NCBI GenBank assembly: GCA_965232515.1
Contig: CBDDPY010000002.1
Location: 1,312,001 to 1,376,000 of the forward strand
Reading direction: 5' to 3'
DNA length: 64,000 bases
From: Alphaproteobacteria bacterium
GTDB lineage: Bacteria; Pseudomonadota; Alphaproteobacteria; GCA-2731375
The translations under genes and the position numbers were made by a program. Shown here one piece after another: positions 1 through 9,170 of this stretch; position 1 is the stretch's first letter; each line of letters starts with the position of its first letter. The notes beneath the pieces were generated by a model. It saw nothing but the letters and a program-made list of their open reading frames with translations, had not been told where the DNA came from and made no database searches.

Positions 1-672
1 AATGGCAATCATGGCGAAGGCGATGACCGGCCAAATCACGTTCGGGAAGATCTCGATGGCGATGATGCGCAGGTCGCCGGCGCCCATGGCCTTGGCGGCG
101 GTGACGAACTCGCGCTGGGCAAAGGTCAGCGTCGCGGCGCGGGTGATGCGGGCCGAGGCCGGAATGAACAGCAGGCCCAAGCCCACGGTGACCGTCGTCA
201 GGCTGCCGCCGAAGATGGTCGAGAACAGCAGCAGGATCACGAGGCCGGGCACGGCGAGCCAGGTGTCGATGGCGATCACCACGACCTCCTCGACCCAGCG
301 GCGGTAGTAGCCGGCGAGCAGGCCGAGGATCAGGCCGAAGGCGAGGCCGATGGCGGGCGCGCAGAAGCCGACGGTGAGCGACACCCGCGCGCCATAGACC
401 AGGCGGGCGAGAATGTCGCGGCCGAGCACGTCGGTGCCGAGCCAATGCGTTGCGCTGGGCGGCGACTGCAGCTCGATGAAATCGGCTTCATAGGGATCGG
501 CGATCGGCAGCAGGGGCGCCAGCGCGGCGAGAACGACGACCAGGCAGAGCCAGGTCATCGAGATCCAGAACACCACGCCCAGACGCTTGCGCCGGGCCAC
601 GGTGGCGATGGCGTCCGCGTCGGCGCCGGTCGCGGCTACCTGGGTGGGGCGGTCGACGGTGGTCTCAGCCAT
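1..672 (-). CDS. ABC peptide/nickel transporter permease (DppC/OppC-like), truncated by window edge
   Basis: Minus-strand frame from ATG 672 reads MAETTVDR...RKRLGVVFW...HWLGTDVLGRDILARLVYGARVSL, a typical DppC N-terminal motif; overlaps the stop of the upstream permease. Confidence 0.9.
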   Translation of the reverse strand, partial: MAETTVDRPTQVAATGADADAIATVARRKRLGVVFWISMTWLCLVVVLAALAPLLPIADPYEADFIELQSPPSATHWLGTDVLGRDILARLVYGARVSLTVGFCAPAIGLAFGLILGLLAGYYRRWVEEVVVIAIDTWLAVPGLVILLLFSTIFGGSLTTVTVGLGLLFIPASARITRAATLTFAQREFVTAAKAMGAGDLRIIAIEIFPNVIWPVIAFAMIAI

Positions 673-1618
673 GGCTCATCCGAACCCGGATGCGCGGATC
701 GAGTGCCGCGTAGATCACATCGACGGTGAAGTTCACAATCACGTAGGCGATGGCGATGAAGGTGACGCAGCCCTGGATCATGATGAAATCGCGCGCGAAG
801 ATCGCGTTGATCAGCAGACGGCCGACGCCCGGCAGGCCGAAGATCGACTCGATGATGATCGAGCCGCCGATCAGCTGTCCCACCTGCAGACCGACCAGCG
901 TGATCAGCGAGAAGGACGACGGCCTGAGCGCGTGTACGATCAGGATTCGTAAGTCCGACATGCCCTTGGCGCGCGCCATGGCGATGTAGTCTTCCTGCAG
1001 CACGCCGATCATCTCAGCCCGGAGCGCCCGCATCAGCACCGTCCATTCCGCCAGCGCGAAGCTGAGCGCCGGCAGCAGCATGCCCTTTAGGTTGGCCCAG
1101 AGGCCGGCGGAAATCGGCTCGTAACCGGTGGCGGGCAGGACTTGCAGATAGAGCGAGAAGAACAGGATCAACAGGATCGCGGCGATGAACGGCGGTACCG
1201 AGACGCAGGCGAAGCCGATGCCGGCGATCCAGCGGTCGACGCGGCGGCCCGATTTATAGGCGCTGAGCACGCCCATGGGCACGGCGAGCGCCAGGGCGAA
1301 GATCTGCGCCAGCAGCATGAGTTGCAGCGAAACGGGGAACCGCGAGAGGATCGCTTCCATTACCGGCTCGCCGGTGCGGAACGACTTGCCCCAATCGCCG
1401 GAGAACACGCCGCCGAGCCAGGAGAAATAGCGCAGCAACACCGGCCGGTTCAGGCCGAGGTCCTCGCGGATCTGCTGCACATCGGCCTCGGACGCGTCCT
1501 GCCCGGCGATGTCGTAGGCGATATCGCCGGGCAGGACGTTCACCAACAAGAAGGTGAACAGCGTGACGCAGAACAGGACGACGACCAGCCGCCGCAGCCG
1601 CCAGAACAGAAACCGCAT
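665..1618 (-). CDS. ABC peptide transporter permease (DppB/OppB-like)
   Basis: LPGD...LGLNRP..RY N-terminus, EAA loop EDYIAMARAKG, IESIFGLPGVGRL. Confidence 0.93.
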   Translation of the reverse strand: MRFLFWRLRRLVVVLFCVTLFTFLLVNVLPGDIAYDIAGQDASEADVQQIREDLGLNRPVLLRYFSWLGGVFSGDWGKSFRTGEPVMEAILSRFPVSLQLMLLAQIFALALAVPMGVLSAYKSGRRVDRWIAGIGFACVSVPPFIAAILLILFFSLYLQVLPATGYEPISAGLWANLKGMLLPALSFALAEWTVLMRALRAEMIGVLQEDYIAMARAKGMSDLRILIVHALRPSSFSLITLVGLQVGQLIGGSIIIESIFGLPGVGRLLINAIFARDFIMIQGCVTFIAIAYVIVNFTVDVIYAALDPRIRVRMSHG

Positions 1619-1648
1619 CGGGCCGGCCCGCCGACGCCGGTCCCGTTC

Positions 1649-3232
1649 TTACCGGTCGAGCCAGACGCTGGAGGTGTCGGCGACGCCGCGCCAGATGGTC
1701 GGCACGTTCTTGACGTCCTTGCGCGTGAAGACGTGATAGCGCCGGCCGCCGCGATACTGGATGTGGCCGGAGTCGTTCATGCGCGCGGCGATCTGGCAGA
1801 GCATCTTCTCGCGCGCCTGACGGTCGTCCGACATGCGCTGCCCCAGCACCAACTTGTCCATTTCGGGGTCGTTGAAGCCGGTCAGGTTGTAGCTGCTCTT
1901 GGAATGGTGCAGGGCGAAGACCTGCGGTCCGATGTCCGAGAAGTCGGCAATGCGCCAGCCGCTGATGTGATAATCGTTGGTGAACACCTTCTTGACCAAC
2001 GTGTTCTGATCCACCGGCTCCAGCGTCAACTCGACGCCAACCTTCTTATAGAGCTGCTGCATGATCTCGCCCAGCTCGCGGCCGCGCGGCGTCGTGGTGT
2101 GGATCATCGACAGCTTCACCGGCTGACCATAGGCGGCCAAGAGTTCTTTTGCCTTGTCCGGATCGTAGTGCCGATAGCCGGACTCACCGCAATCGACATG
2201 CCCGGTAAACGGGTGCGTGGCGAAGGGCACGGTGTCCTTCCAGCTCACCTTGATGACCGCGTTCTGGTTCCAGGCGTGGCTCAACGCCGCGCGCACCCGA
2301 GGATCGTCGAGCGGCGGCTTGCGGGTGTTGAAGAAGGTAATAAGCGCGCCGGCGCCGTCGAGCGTATGCGTAACAAGGTCCTTGTCCTTGAGCGCGCGCT
2401 GAATGGTGTTGCCGCGGTCGGTCCAGATCATGTCGACCTCGCCGGACTTGATCGCGGCGTAGCGGGTCTGCGTGTCGGGCAGGATGCGGAAGACGATCCG
2501 GTCGAGATAGGTGCGGTCCTTGTCCCAATAGTCCTCGTTGCGCACGGCGATAATGCGGTCGCCGCCGGCCCAGGATTCGAACTTGTAAGGGCCGGTACCC
2601 ATCGGCTGGCGGTTCTGCTTGCCGGCCTCGACGTTTTTGGTCGAGGGGATGAAACCGGCCATCCAGGTGCTGCCGACAACGCCGAGGAACGGCTGCCAGG
2701 GATGTTTGAGGTCGAACTGCACGGTGTGGTCGTCGACGGCGACGGCCTTGTCGATCGCGGTGATAAAGCTGCGGCTGCGCGACTTGTTCTTCGGATCGAG
2801 GATGCGGTTGTAGTGATCGGCGACATCGGTCGCCGTGAACGGCGTGCCGTCGTGGAAGCGCACGTCCTTGCGCAGGTTGAAGGTCCAGGTCTTTTGATCG
2901 TCGGACGCCGACCATGAGGTCGCCAGGCTTGGCGAAATATCGTCGGGGGTGTGGAAGTTGATCAGCCGGTCGTGGAAGACGACGGACACGAAGCTGCCGG
3001 AGATGCCGAGCACGCCGCCCTCAACGGCATCGAAGCCGCGCACGTCGGTCTCGATGGCGACGGTCAGGGTGCCGCCGCGTTTTGGCGTGTCACCGACGGC
3101 CGGACCGGTGACGGCGAGCGCCGTAAGGATGCCGAACGTCCCGGCCGCAGCAAGCGCGAGTCGGCAGCGAGACGGATTCCGTTTGTCGTTTTTCGTCATG
3201 GCTACGAACCTCCCCATCGCAGAGACCCCCAT
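1649..3232 (-). CDS. ABC transporter substrate-binding protein, family 5 (DppA/OppA-like); start uncertain
   Basis: Signal peptide, PSLATSW..SDDQKTWTFNLRKDVRFHDG, PMGTGPYKF motifs. Confidence 0.92.
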   Translation of the reverse strand: MGVSAMGRFVAMTKNDKRNPSRCRLALAAAGTFGILTALAVTGPAVGDTPKRGGTLTVAIETDVRGFDAVEGGVLGISGSFVSVVFHDRLINFHTPDDISPSLATSWSASDDQKTWTFNLRKDVRFHDGTPFTATDVADHYNRILDPKNKSRSRSFITAIDKAVAVDDHTVQFDLKHPWQPFLGVVGSTWMAGFIPSTKNVEAGKQNRQPMGTGPYKFESWAGGDRIIAVRNEDYWDKDRTYLDRIVFRILPDTQTRYAAIKSGEVDMIWTDRGNTIQRALKDKDLVTHTLDGAGALITFFNTRKPPLDDPRVRAALSHAWNQNAVIKVSWKDTVPFATHPFTGHVDCGESGYRHYDPDKAKELLAAYGQPVKLSMIHTTTPRGRELGEIMQQLYKKVGVELTLEPVDQNTLVKKVFTNDYHISGWRIADFSDIGPQVFALHHSKSSYNLTGFNDPEMDKLVLGQRMSDDRQAREKMLCQIAARMNDSGHIQYRGGRRYHVFTRKDVKNVPTIWRGVADTSSVWLDR

Positions 3233-3450
3233 CGGTCCCGCAGGTTATCGGCCGGCGTTGCGGCCATTGGCTGGGCGTCGACCGTCACGGTTCGACACCC
3301 GCCCCGTCGTCTTTTTCCGCGACGTCGGGTTGATGGTCCCGTAAGCGCGGGCCGGAATCAAGCATTCCGAGAGTTGACCAGTGTAGGACCCGCCCGCCAC
3401 GCTGGCAGCGTGAGGAATTGGGAGCAATTTGTGGCTGGGAGAACGGTGTC

Positions 3451-4650
3451 ATGCGTCCATTCGACGGTCTGTTCGTGCTGGATTTCACGCACGTGCTCGC
3501 GGGTCCCTACTGCACCTATCAGTTGGCCCTGCTGGGCGCGGATGTAATCCGGATCGAGCCGCCGGGGGGCGGCGACATCATTCGGGGGGCCGGCGGCGGC
3601 ATGACACCGGCCTTCATGGCGCAGAACGCCAACAAGAAATCGCTGGCCCTCGATCTCAAGACCGCGCCCGGACGGGAGGTCGCCCAACGCCTCGCCGCCG
3701 AATGCGACGTGCTGGTCGAGAATTTCCGTCCTGGCGTCATGGACCGGCTCGGGTTGGGGCATGACAACGTCAAGGCGGCGAACCCGGCGGTGATCTACTG
3801 CTCGATCACCGGCTACGGTCAGGACGGCCCGTTGGGACAGCGGCCGGCCTACGACCATGTCATTCAGGGCATGTCGGGCGTAATGGCGGTGAACGGCCGC
3901 GACGCCGGCCGGCCGCAACGCGTCGGGTTTCCGTTCATCGATTACGCCGCCGGCCTGATGGCGGCGTTTGCGGTGGCAAGCGCCCTGGTGCAGCGGGGAC
4001 AGACCGGCAAGGGTCAGCGTATCGACACGGCCATGCTGGACACGGCGCTGGTGCTGATGGCGCCCGTGCTGGCGCAACAACTGATCGCCGGCCAGGCACC
4101 ACGGGCGACCGGCGGCCGCGCCTTCAGCGGCAGTCCGTTTTCGGGCGTGTTCGACACATCGGACGGCCAGTTGGTGCTGGCGGCGAACACGCCGAAGCAG
4201 GCCCGTGCGCTTTGCGACGCACTGGACCTCGCCGATCTGGCGGACGACCCGCGGGCGGCCGACTGGCAGGCGAACCCGGATTTCGCGGCAGAGGTGCAGC
4301 GGTCGTTGAACGCGGTTTTCGCGACCCGTAGCGCCGACGCGTGGGAGCAACGCCTGAGCGCCGCCGACGTGCCGGCCGGTCGGTTGCGCGACGTCGCCGA
4401 TATCCTGGCGCATCCACACATTGACACGCGCGAGGTGCTGCACGAGATCGCCGACATGCCTGGCGTCGACCAGCCCGTCACCGTGCCGGGTGTCGGCTTC
4501 AAGCTGGCCGATAGCGGCCAGAAGGTCACCGCGCCGCCGCCGCGCCTGGGCGAGCACAGCCGCGAAGTTCTCGCGCGCTTCGGCTACAGCGCCGCCGACA
4601 TCGACGCCCTGGCGGCAGAAGGCGTCATCGCCTGCAACGACGGCAGTTAG
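3451..4650 (+). CDS. Family III CoA-transferase (CaiB/BaiF)
   Basis: VLDFTHVLAGPYCT..LALLGADVIRIE, NANKKSLALDLK, DVLVENFRPG. Confidence 0.93.
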   Translation: MRPFDGLFVLDFTHVLAGPYCTYQLALLGADVIRIEPPGGGDIIRGAGGGMTPAFMAQNANKKSLALDLKTAPGREVAQRLAAECDVLVENFRPGVMDRLGLGHDNVKAANPAVIYCSITGYGQDGPLGQRPAYDHVIQGMSGVMAVNGRDAGRPQRVGFPFIDYAAGLMAAFAVASALVQRGQTGKGQRIDTAMLDTALVLMAPVLAQQLIAGQAPRATGGRAFSGSPFSGVFDTSDGQLVLAANTPKQARALCDALDLADLADDPRAADWQANPDFAAEVQRSLNAVFATRSADAWEQRLSAADVPAGRLRDVADILAHPHIDTREVLHEIADMPGVDQPVTVPGVGFKLADSGQKVTAPPPRLGEHSREVLARFGYSAADIDALAAEGVIACNDGS

Positions 4651-6077
4651 CGCGCCAAGTCCGAGGCGAGTTCGCCGAGGGTGCGGATGCCCTGTTCGAT
4701 GCGGGCGTCCCAGCGGTTGCCGCAACTGACGCGCAGACAGTTGGCATAGCGGCTGCCGGCGGAGAAGGCGTCGCCGGGGGCGAAGCAAATGTCGTGTTCC
4801 AGAGCCTTGGCGAAGAGGTCGCGGGTGCGGATGCCGTTCGGCAGGACGAGCCAGAGCACGAAGCCGCCGGCCGGGCGGCTCATGCGCGTGCCGGCGGGAA
4901 ATGATTTGTCGATGACCCGCATCATGCGGTCGATATTGTCCTGGAAGGTGCGCCGGATGCGGCGCAGGTGGCTGTCGTAGCCGCCCGACGACAGGAAATC
5001 GGCGAGCGCCACTTGCGGCAGGGCCGGGCCGCAGAGCGTGAAGGCGAACTTGTTGTCCAGCACCGGCGTCATGTGCCGTTTGGTCACGATCCAGCCGATC
5101 CGGTAACCCGGCGCCACGGTCTTGGAGAATGAGCTGCAATAGACGATGTCGGCATCTGGATCGAGGGCCATGAAGGGTTTCGGCCGCTCGGTTCCGAAAT
5201 AGATGTCGCCGTAGATATCGTCCTCGATCAGCGGCACGCGATGCTTCGCCAGCAACGCCAGCACGGCGCGTTTTTTTTCCTCGGGCATGGTGCAGCCGAG
5301 CGGATTGTTGAAGCTGGAAGCGAACAGGCAGGCGGTGATGGATTTCGCCGCGAGCGCCTTCTCAAGCGCCGAGACGTCGACGCCGGTGTCGGAGTCGGTC
5401 GGCAGTTCGAGCGCTTTCAGGCCATGCGCCTCGATCACCTGCAGCAGGCCAAAATACGTCGGCGACTCGATGGCGATGGTGTCGCCCGGCCGGGCGACGG
5501 TCTTGAGCGCCAGCGTCAGCGCTTCGGTGCAGCCGCAGGTGATGGCGATGTCGTCGGGCGACAGCGCCTGCCCCCAGCGCAGGGCGCGCCGTGCGATCTC
5601 GCGGCGGAGGCGGAGGTCGCCGCGGGGGTGGGTGTAGATGTTGTATTCGGTGCCGCTGACCCGGGCCGCACGGGCGAGGAAGCGATCGAGCCGGCCGGCG
5701 GCGAGGATGTCGGCGCTCGGGATCGCGCAACCCAGCGGCACCAAATCGGGATCGGACGCATATTCCAGCAGGTTGACGACCAGGCCGGAGACGGCGACGC
5801 GGGTCGGCTTTGCCGGCGGCTTGGTCATGACTGGCGTCGGCAGCGAGACAGAGGCCCCGTTCGTCACGTAGAAGCCGGACTTCGGGCGCGCCTCGAGAAT
5901 GCCGCGATCCTCGAGCAGGCGGTAGGCCTGTAGCACGGTGGAAATGCTGGCCTGGCGCTGCCGGCTGATCTGACGCACCGACGGCGCCCGCGAGCCCGCC
6001 GGCAGCGTGCCGCTGTCGACGAGATCGGTGATGAAGCCCGCCAGCTCTTCGTAGCGATAACGCGGTTCCGCGCCCAT
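4647..6077 (-). CDS. MocR-family regulator (GntR HTH plus PLP aminotransferase domain)
   Basis: N-terminal RAPSVRQ..STVLQAYRLLE..G.LEARPKSGFYV; class I PLP motifs EDDIY and SSFSKTVAPGYRIGW; start set at ATG 6077. Confidence 0.93.
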   Translation of the reverse strand: MGAEPRYRYEELAGFITDLVDSGTLPAGSRAPSVRQISRQRQASISTVLQAYRLLEDRGILEARPKSGFYVTNGASVSLPTPVMTKPPAKPTRVAVSGLVVNLLEYASDPDLVPLGCAIPSADILAAGRLDRFLARAARVSGTEYNIYTHPRGDLRLRREIARRALRWGQALSPDDIAITCGCTEALTLALKTVARPGDTIAIESPTYFGLLQVIEAHGLKALELPTDSDTGVDVSALEKALAAKSITACLFASSFNNPLGCTMPEEKKRAVLALLAKHRVPLIEDDIYGDIYFGTERPKPFMALDPDADIVYCSSFSKTVAPGYRIGWIVTKRHMTPVLDNKFAFTLCGPALPQVALADFLSSGGYDSHLRRIRRTFQDNIDRMMRVIDKSFPAGTRMSRPAGGFVLWLVLPNGIRTRDLFAKALEHDICFAPGDAFSAGSRYANCLRVSCGNRWDARIEQGIRTLGELASDLAR

Positions 6078-6106
6078 GATGGCTCTGTCCTTACAATTGC
6101 CGTGCA

Positions 6107-6171
6107 TTACAGAATGCCACGGGAAATCTGTTATGGGCACAATTTTGGTTTTCTGTAACTGTTATCAACAG
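6107..6171. promoter_or_regulatory. Probable MocR operator: CTGTTAT/CTGTAAC direct and inverted repeats
   Basis: CTGTTAT at 6128 and 6159, CTGTAAC at 6153, TTACAG at 6107, CTGTT-atc-AACAG at 6159-6171, in the AT-rich gap between divergent mocR and phzF. Confidence 0.55.
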
Positions 6172-6217
6172 ATCTGGCTTGCTAGTTCTTGGATTGGGAC
6201 GACAAGGAGAGGCAGGC

Positions 6218-7135
6218 ATGACCAGCTATTCCTATTTCACCGTTGACGTATTCACCGACGAGGTGTTCGGCGGCAATCCGCTGGCGGTGTTTCCGCACGC
6301 GGAGGGCCTGAACGACCGGCAGATGCAGACAGTGGCGCGCGAGCTGAACCTGTCGGAAACGACCTTCGTGTTCCCGCCCGACAATCCGGCGCATACCTGC
6401 AAGGTGCGGATTTTCACGCCGGGTGCGGAGCTGCCCTTCGCCGGCCATCCGACGCTCGGCACGGCGCATGTGCTGGTCAGCAACGGCGACATCGCCGCCA
6501 ATGGCGATACGACCGAGGTCGTGTTCGAGGAAGGCGTGGGGCCGGTGCCGGTGAAGGTTTCGCGGCAGTCGGCGGACCTGACCTTCGCGCAACTCTCGGT
6601 GTCAAAGCTGCCGGATTTCGGACCGCCGGCTCCGTCGCGCGACGATCTGGCTTCTGTCCTGTCGACTTCACCCAACGACATATCGGCCGACGCGCCGATC
6701 CAGGCCGTGTCCTGCGGCGTGCCGTTCCTGTTCGTGCCGGTCAGCGGCCTCGACGCCATGGCCCGGCTGCAGCCCAATATGGCGCGCTGGACCGATGTGC
6801 TGGGCGACTTTTGGGCGACCGAGGTGTTTGCCTTGACCCGCGAGACGGTGAACGAGGGTTCCAATGTCCATGCCCGGATGTTCGGGCCGATGATCGGGAT
6901 CACCGAAGACCCGGCGACCGGCGGCGCGGCCGCCGCGCTCGGCGGCTATCTCGGCGTGCGGGAAGGCCCCGAGACCGGTACCGCGCGTTGGCGGGTAGAG
7001 CAGGGGATCGAGATGGGGCGGCCGAGCTTCCTCGACGTTGAGACCGACAAACAGGCCGGCGAGATCACGGCCGTGCGGGTCGGCGGCGCGACGGTGCCGG
7101 TCAGCCGCGGCGAGATGGACATTCCCGCAATCTGA
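6218..7135 (+). CDS. PhzF-family isomerase
   Basis: VDVFT...GGNPLAV, NLSETTF, RIFTP..ELPFAGHPTLG, EDPATG. Confidence 0.93.
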   Translation: MTSYSYFTVDVFTDEVFGGNPLAVFPHAEGLNDRQMQTVARELNLSETTFVFPPDNPAHTCKVRIFTPGAELPFAGHPTLGTAHVLVSNGDIAANGDTTEVVFEEGVGPVPVKVSRQSADLTFAQLSVSKLPDFGPPAPSRDDLASVLSTSPNDISADAPIQAVSCGVPFLFVPVSGLDAMARLQPNMARWTDVLGDFWATEVFALTRETVNEGSNVHARMFGPMIGITEDPATGGAAAALGGYLGVREGPETGTARWRVEQGIEMGRPSFLDVETDKQAGEITAVRVGGATVPVSRGEMDIPAI

Positions 7136-7165
7136 GACGCGAACGAGAGATCGAAGGAAAGATCA

Positions 7166-8302
7166 ATGGCGACGTTTCCACAGAACGACATCATTTCGCT
7201 GACCGGCGAGACGGTGCGCTATGACCTGGCCGAAAGCGTTGGCCCGGACATCCGCCTGGGCGACCTGCTGGCCGCCGCCGGCGATGCGGATCTCGGCGAC
7301 CTGCTGCTGGGCTACCGGACGGCCGAGGGCGACGCGCGGCTGCGCGAGATCATCGCAGAACAGCACGGCGTCTCGGCGGACGATGTCGTCATTACCGTCG
7401 GCAGCATGCAGGCGCTGTTCCTGACCGCATTCATTCTCTGCGATCCGGGTGACGAGGCGGTGACGACGGCGCCGCTGTTCCCGCTGGCGCGGAACGTGCT
7501 GGAGGCCGTGCGCGCGGATGTGAAAACGCTGAGGCTCAGCTTCGAACAAGACTACCGGCTCGATCTCGAAGATCTGGATCGGCAACTCTCCGCCCGCACC
7601 AAGTTCGTCAGCCTGGCTTCGCCACAGAATCCGTCGGGCGTCGCCATGCCCGACGGAACCGTGCGCGACGTGATCGCCCTGATGGCGGCGAAATGTCCCG
7701 ACGCCTACCTGCTGCTGGACGAGACCTATCGCGACGCCGTTTACGGCGACGATGCGGTGGCGCCAAGCGGCGTGACGCTCGGCCAGAAGGTGATCTCCTG
7801 CGCTTCGCTGTCGAAATGCCATGGCGCGCCAGGTCTGCGGCTGGGCTGGGCGATCAGCCGGGATCCGGCGCTGCGCGAGCAATTGGTGCTGGGCAAGTTC
7901 AATACGTCGATCGCCAATTCCGCGATTGACGAGGCCCTGGCCCTGAAGGTGCTTGAACAGCGGGATCGCATCATCGGCGACCGCCGGCGCCATCTGGCCG
8001 ACGGACTGGCGCGGACGGCTGCCTGGACCGACGCGAACGCGGCCTATGTCGACTGGGTACGGCCGGATGCCGGCGCGCTCTGCTGCGTGCGACTGAAACC
8101 GTCGGTCTTCGACGAGGCCGCCGTCGACCGCTTCTATGCGGCGCTGGCGACAGAGGGCGTCCGCGTCGGCAACGGCGCCTGGTTCGGCGATGAGGCCCGG
8201 GTCTTCCGTCTGGGCTTCGGCCTGCTGTCGATGCCCGATCTCGATGCGGCGCTGGGCGGCCTCGCCTCGGCCATCGAGGCGGCGGCGCGCGACGCCGCCT
8301 GA
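7166..8302 (+). CDS. PLP-dependent aminotransferase class I/II
   Basis: SPQNPSG, LDETY, SLSKCHGAPGLRLGW. Confidence 0.9.
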   Translation: MATFPQNDIISLTGETVRYDLAESVGPDIRLGDLLAAAGDADLGDLLLGYRTAEGDARLREIIAEQHGVSADDVVITVGSMQALFLTAFILCDPGDEAVTTAPLFPLARNVLEAVRADVKTLRLSFEQDYRLDLEDLDRQLSARTKFVSLASPQNPSGVAMPDGTVRDVIALMAAKCPDAYLLLDETYRDAVYGDDAVAPSGVTLGQKVISCASLSKCHGAPGLRLGWAISRDPALREQLVLGKFNTSIANSAIDEALALKVLEQRDRIIGDRRRHLADGLARTAAWTDANAAYVDWVRPDAGALCCVRLKPSVFDEAAVDRFYAALATEGVRVGNGAWFGDEARVFRLGFGLLSMPDLDAALGGLASAIEAAARDAA

Positions 8303-8494
8303 CCGCCGGTCACACGCCCTTGAAGTCTCTCATCTGGTCGATTGATCGCGAAAACTTGATGAAATCAGTCTGTTTTCTTCAGGTATTTACCTCCGGTCGA
8401 CACTAGCTAACGCGCCAAGCTGGAGCGATGTGATGGAACCGCGAGTTCCGTTACGTCGTTGTCTACAGCGTCCTGGATTACTGGGAGAGCATTG

Positions 8495-9154
8495 ATGGGA
8501 TTGCAGCTGGGCGACGTTGCCCCGAATTTCACGGCCGAAACCACGCAGGGACCGATTAGCTTCCATGATTGGATCGGCGACGGCTGGGCCGTGCTGTTTT
8601 CACACCCGAAGGACTTCACGCCGGTCTGCACGACCGAGCTCCAGTCGATGGTCCGTCTGGAGCCGGCATTCGCCCGGCGCAACGTCAAGATCATCGGCCT
8701 GAGCGTCGATACGGTTGACGAGCACGTCAAGTGGATTGAGGACATCAAGGCATTCACCGGCCTGGAGCCGAGCTATCCGCTGATTGGCGACCACGACCTC
8801 GCCATCGCCAAGCTCTACGGCATGCTGGACGCGCGCGCCCGCGGTCACGCCGATGGCCGGACCGCGGCCGACAATGCAACGGTACGCAGCGTGTTCGTGA
8901 TCGGCCCGGACAAGCGGATCGAGCTGACGATCAATTACCCCATGAGCACGGGCCGGAACTTCGACGAGATCCTGCGGGTCATCGACTCGCTGCAGTTGAC
9001 CGCCAACTACAGCGTGGCGACGCCGGCCAACTGGCACTCGGGCGAGGACGTGGTCATCCCGCCGACGGTGAGCGACGAAGCGGCCTGGGAAATCTTCCCC
9101 TGGGGCTGGCGGGCGCCGCGACCTTATATGCGCTACGTCGCCTGCCCGCGCTAA
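8495..9154 (+). CDS. 1-Cys peroxiredoxin (Prx6 type)
   Basis: FSHPKDFTPVCTTEL, YPMSTGRNFDEILRVIDSLQ. Confidence 0.95.
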   Translation: MGLQLGDVAPNFTAETTQGPISFHDWIGDGWAVLFSHPKDFTPVCTTELQSMVRLEPAFARRNVKIIGLSVDTVDEHVKWIEDIKAFTGLEPSYPLIGDHDLAIAKLYGMLDARARGHADGRTAADNATVRSVFVIGPDKRIELTINYPMSTGRNFDEILRVIDSLQLTANYSVATPANWHSGEDVVIPPTVSDEAAWEIFPWGWRAPRPYMRYVACPR

Positions 9155-9170
9155 CGCCGCGCCTCTGGCG

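Noticed and set aside
8340-8370. FNR/FixK box upstream of the peroxiredoxin
   Set aside because: TTGAT-GAA-ATCAG has a 3-bp spacer and a mismatch versus TTGAT-N4-ATCAA
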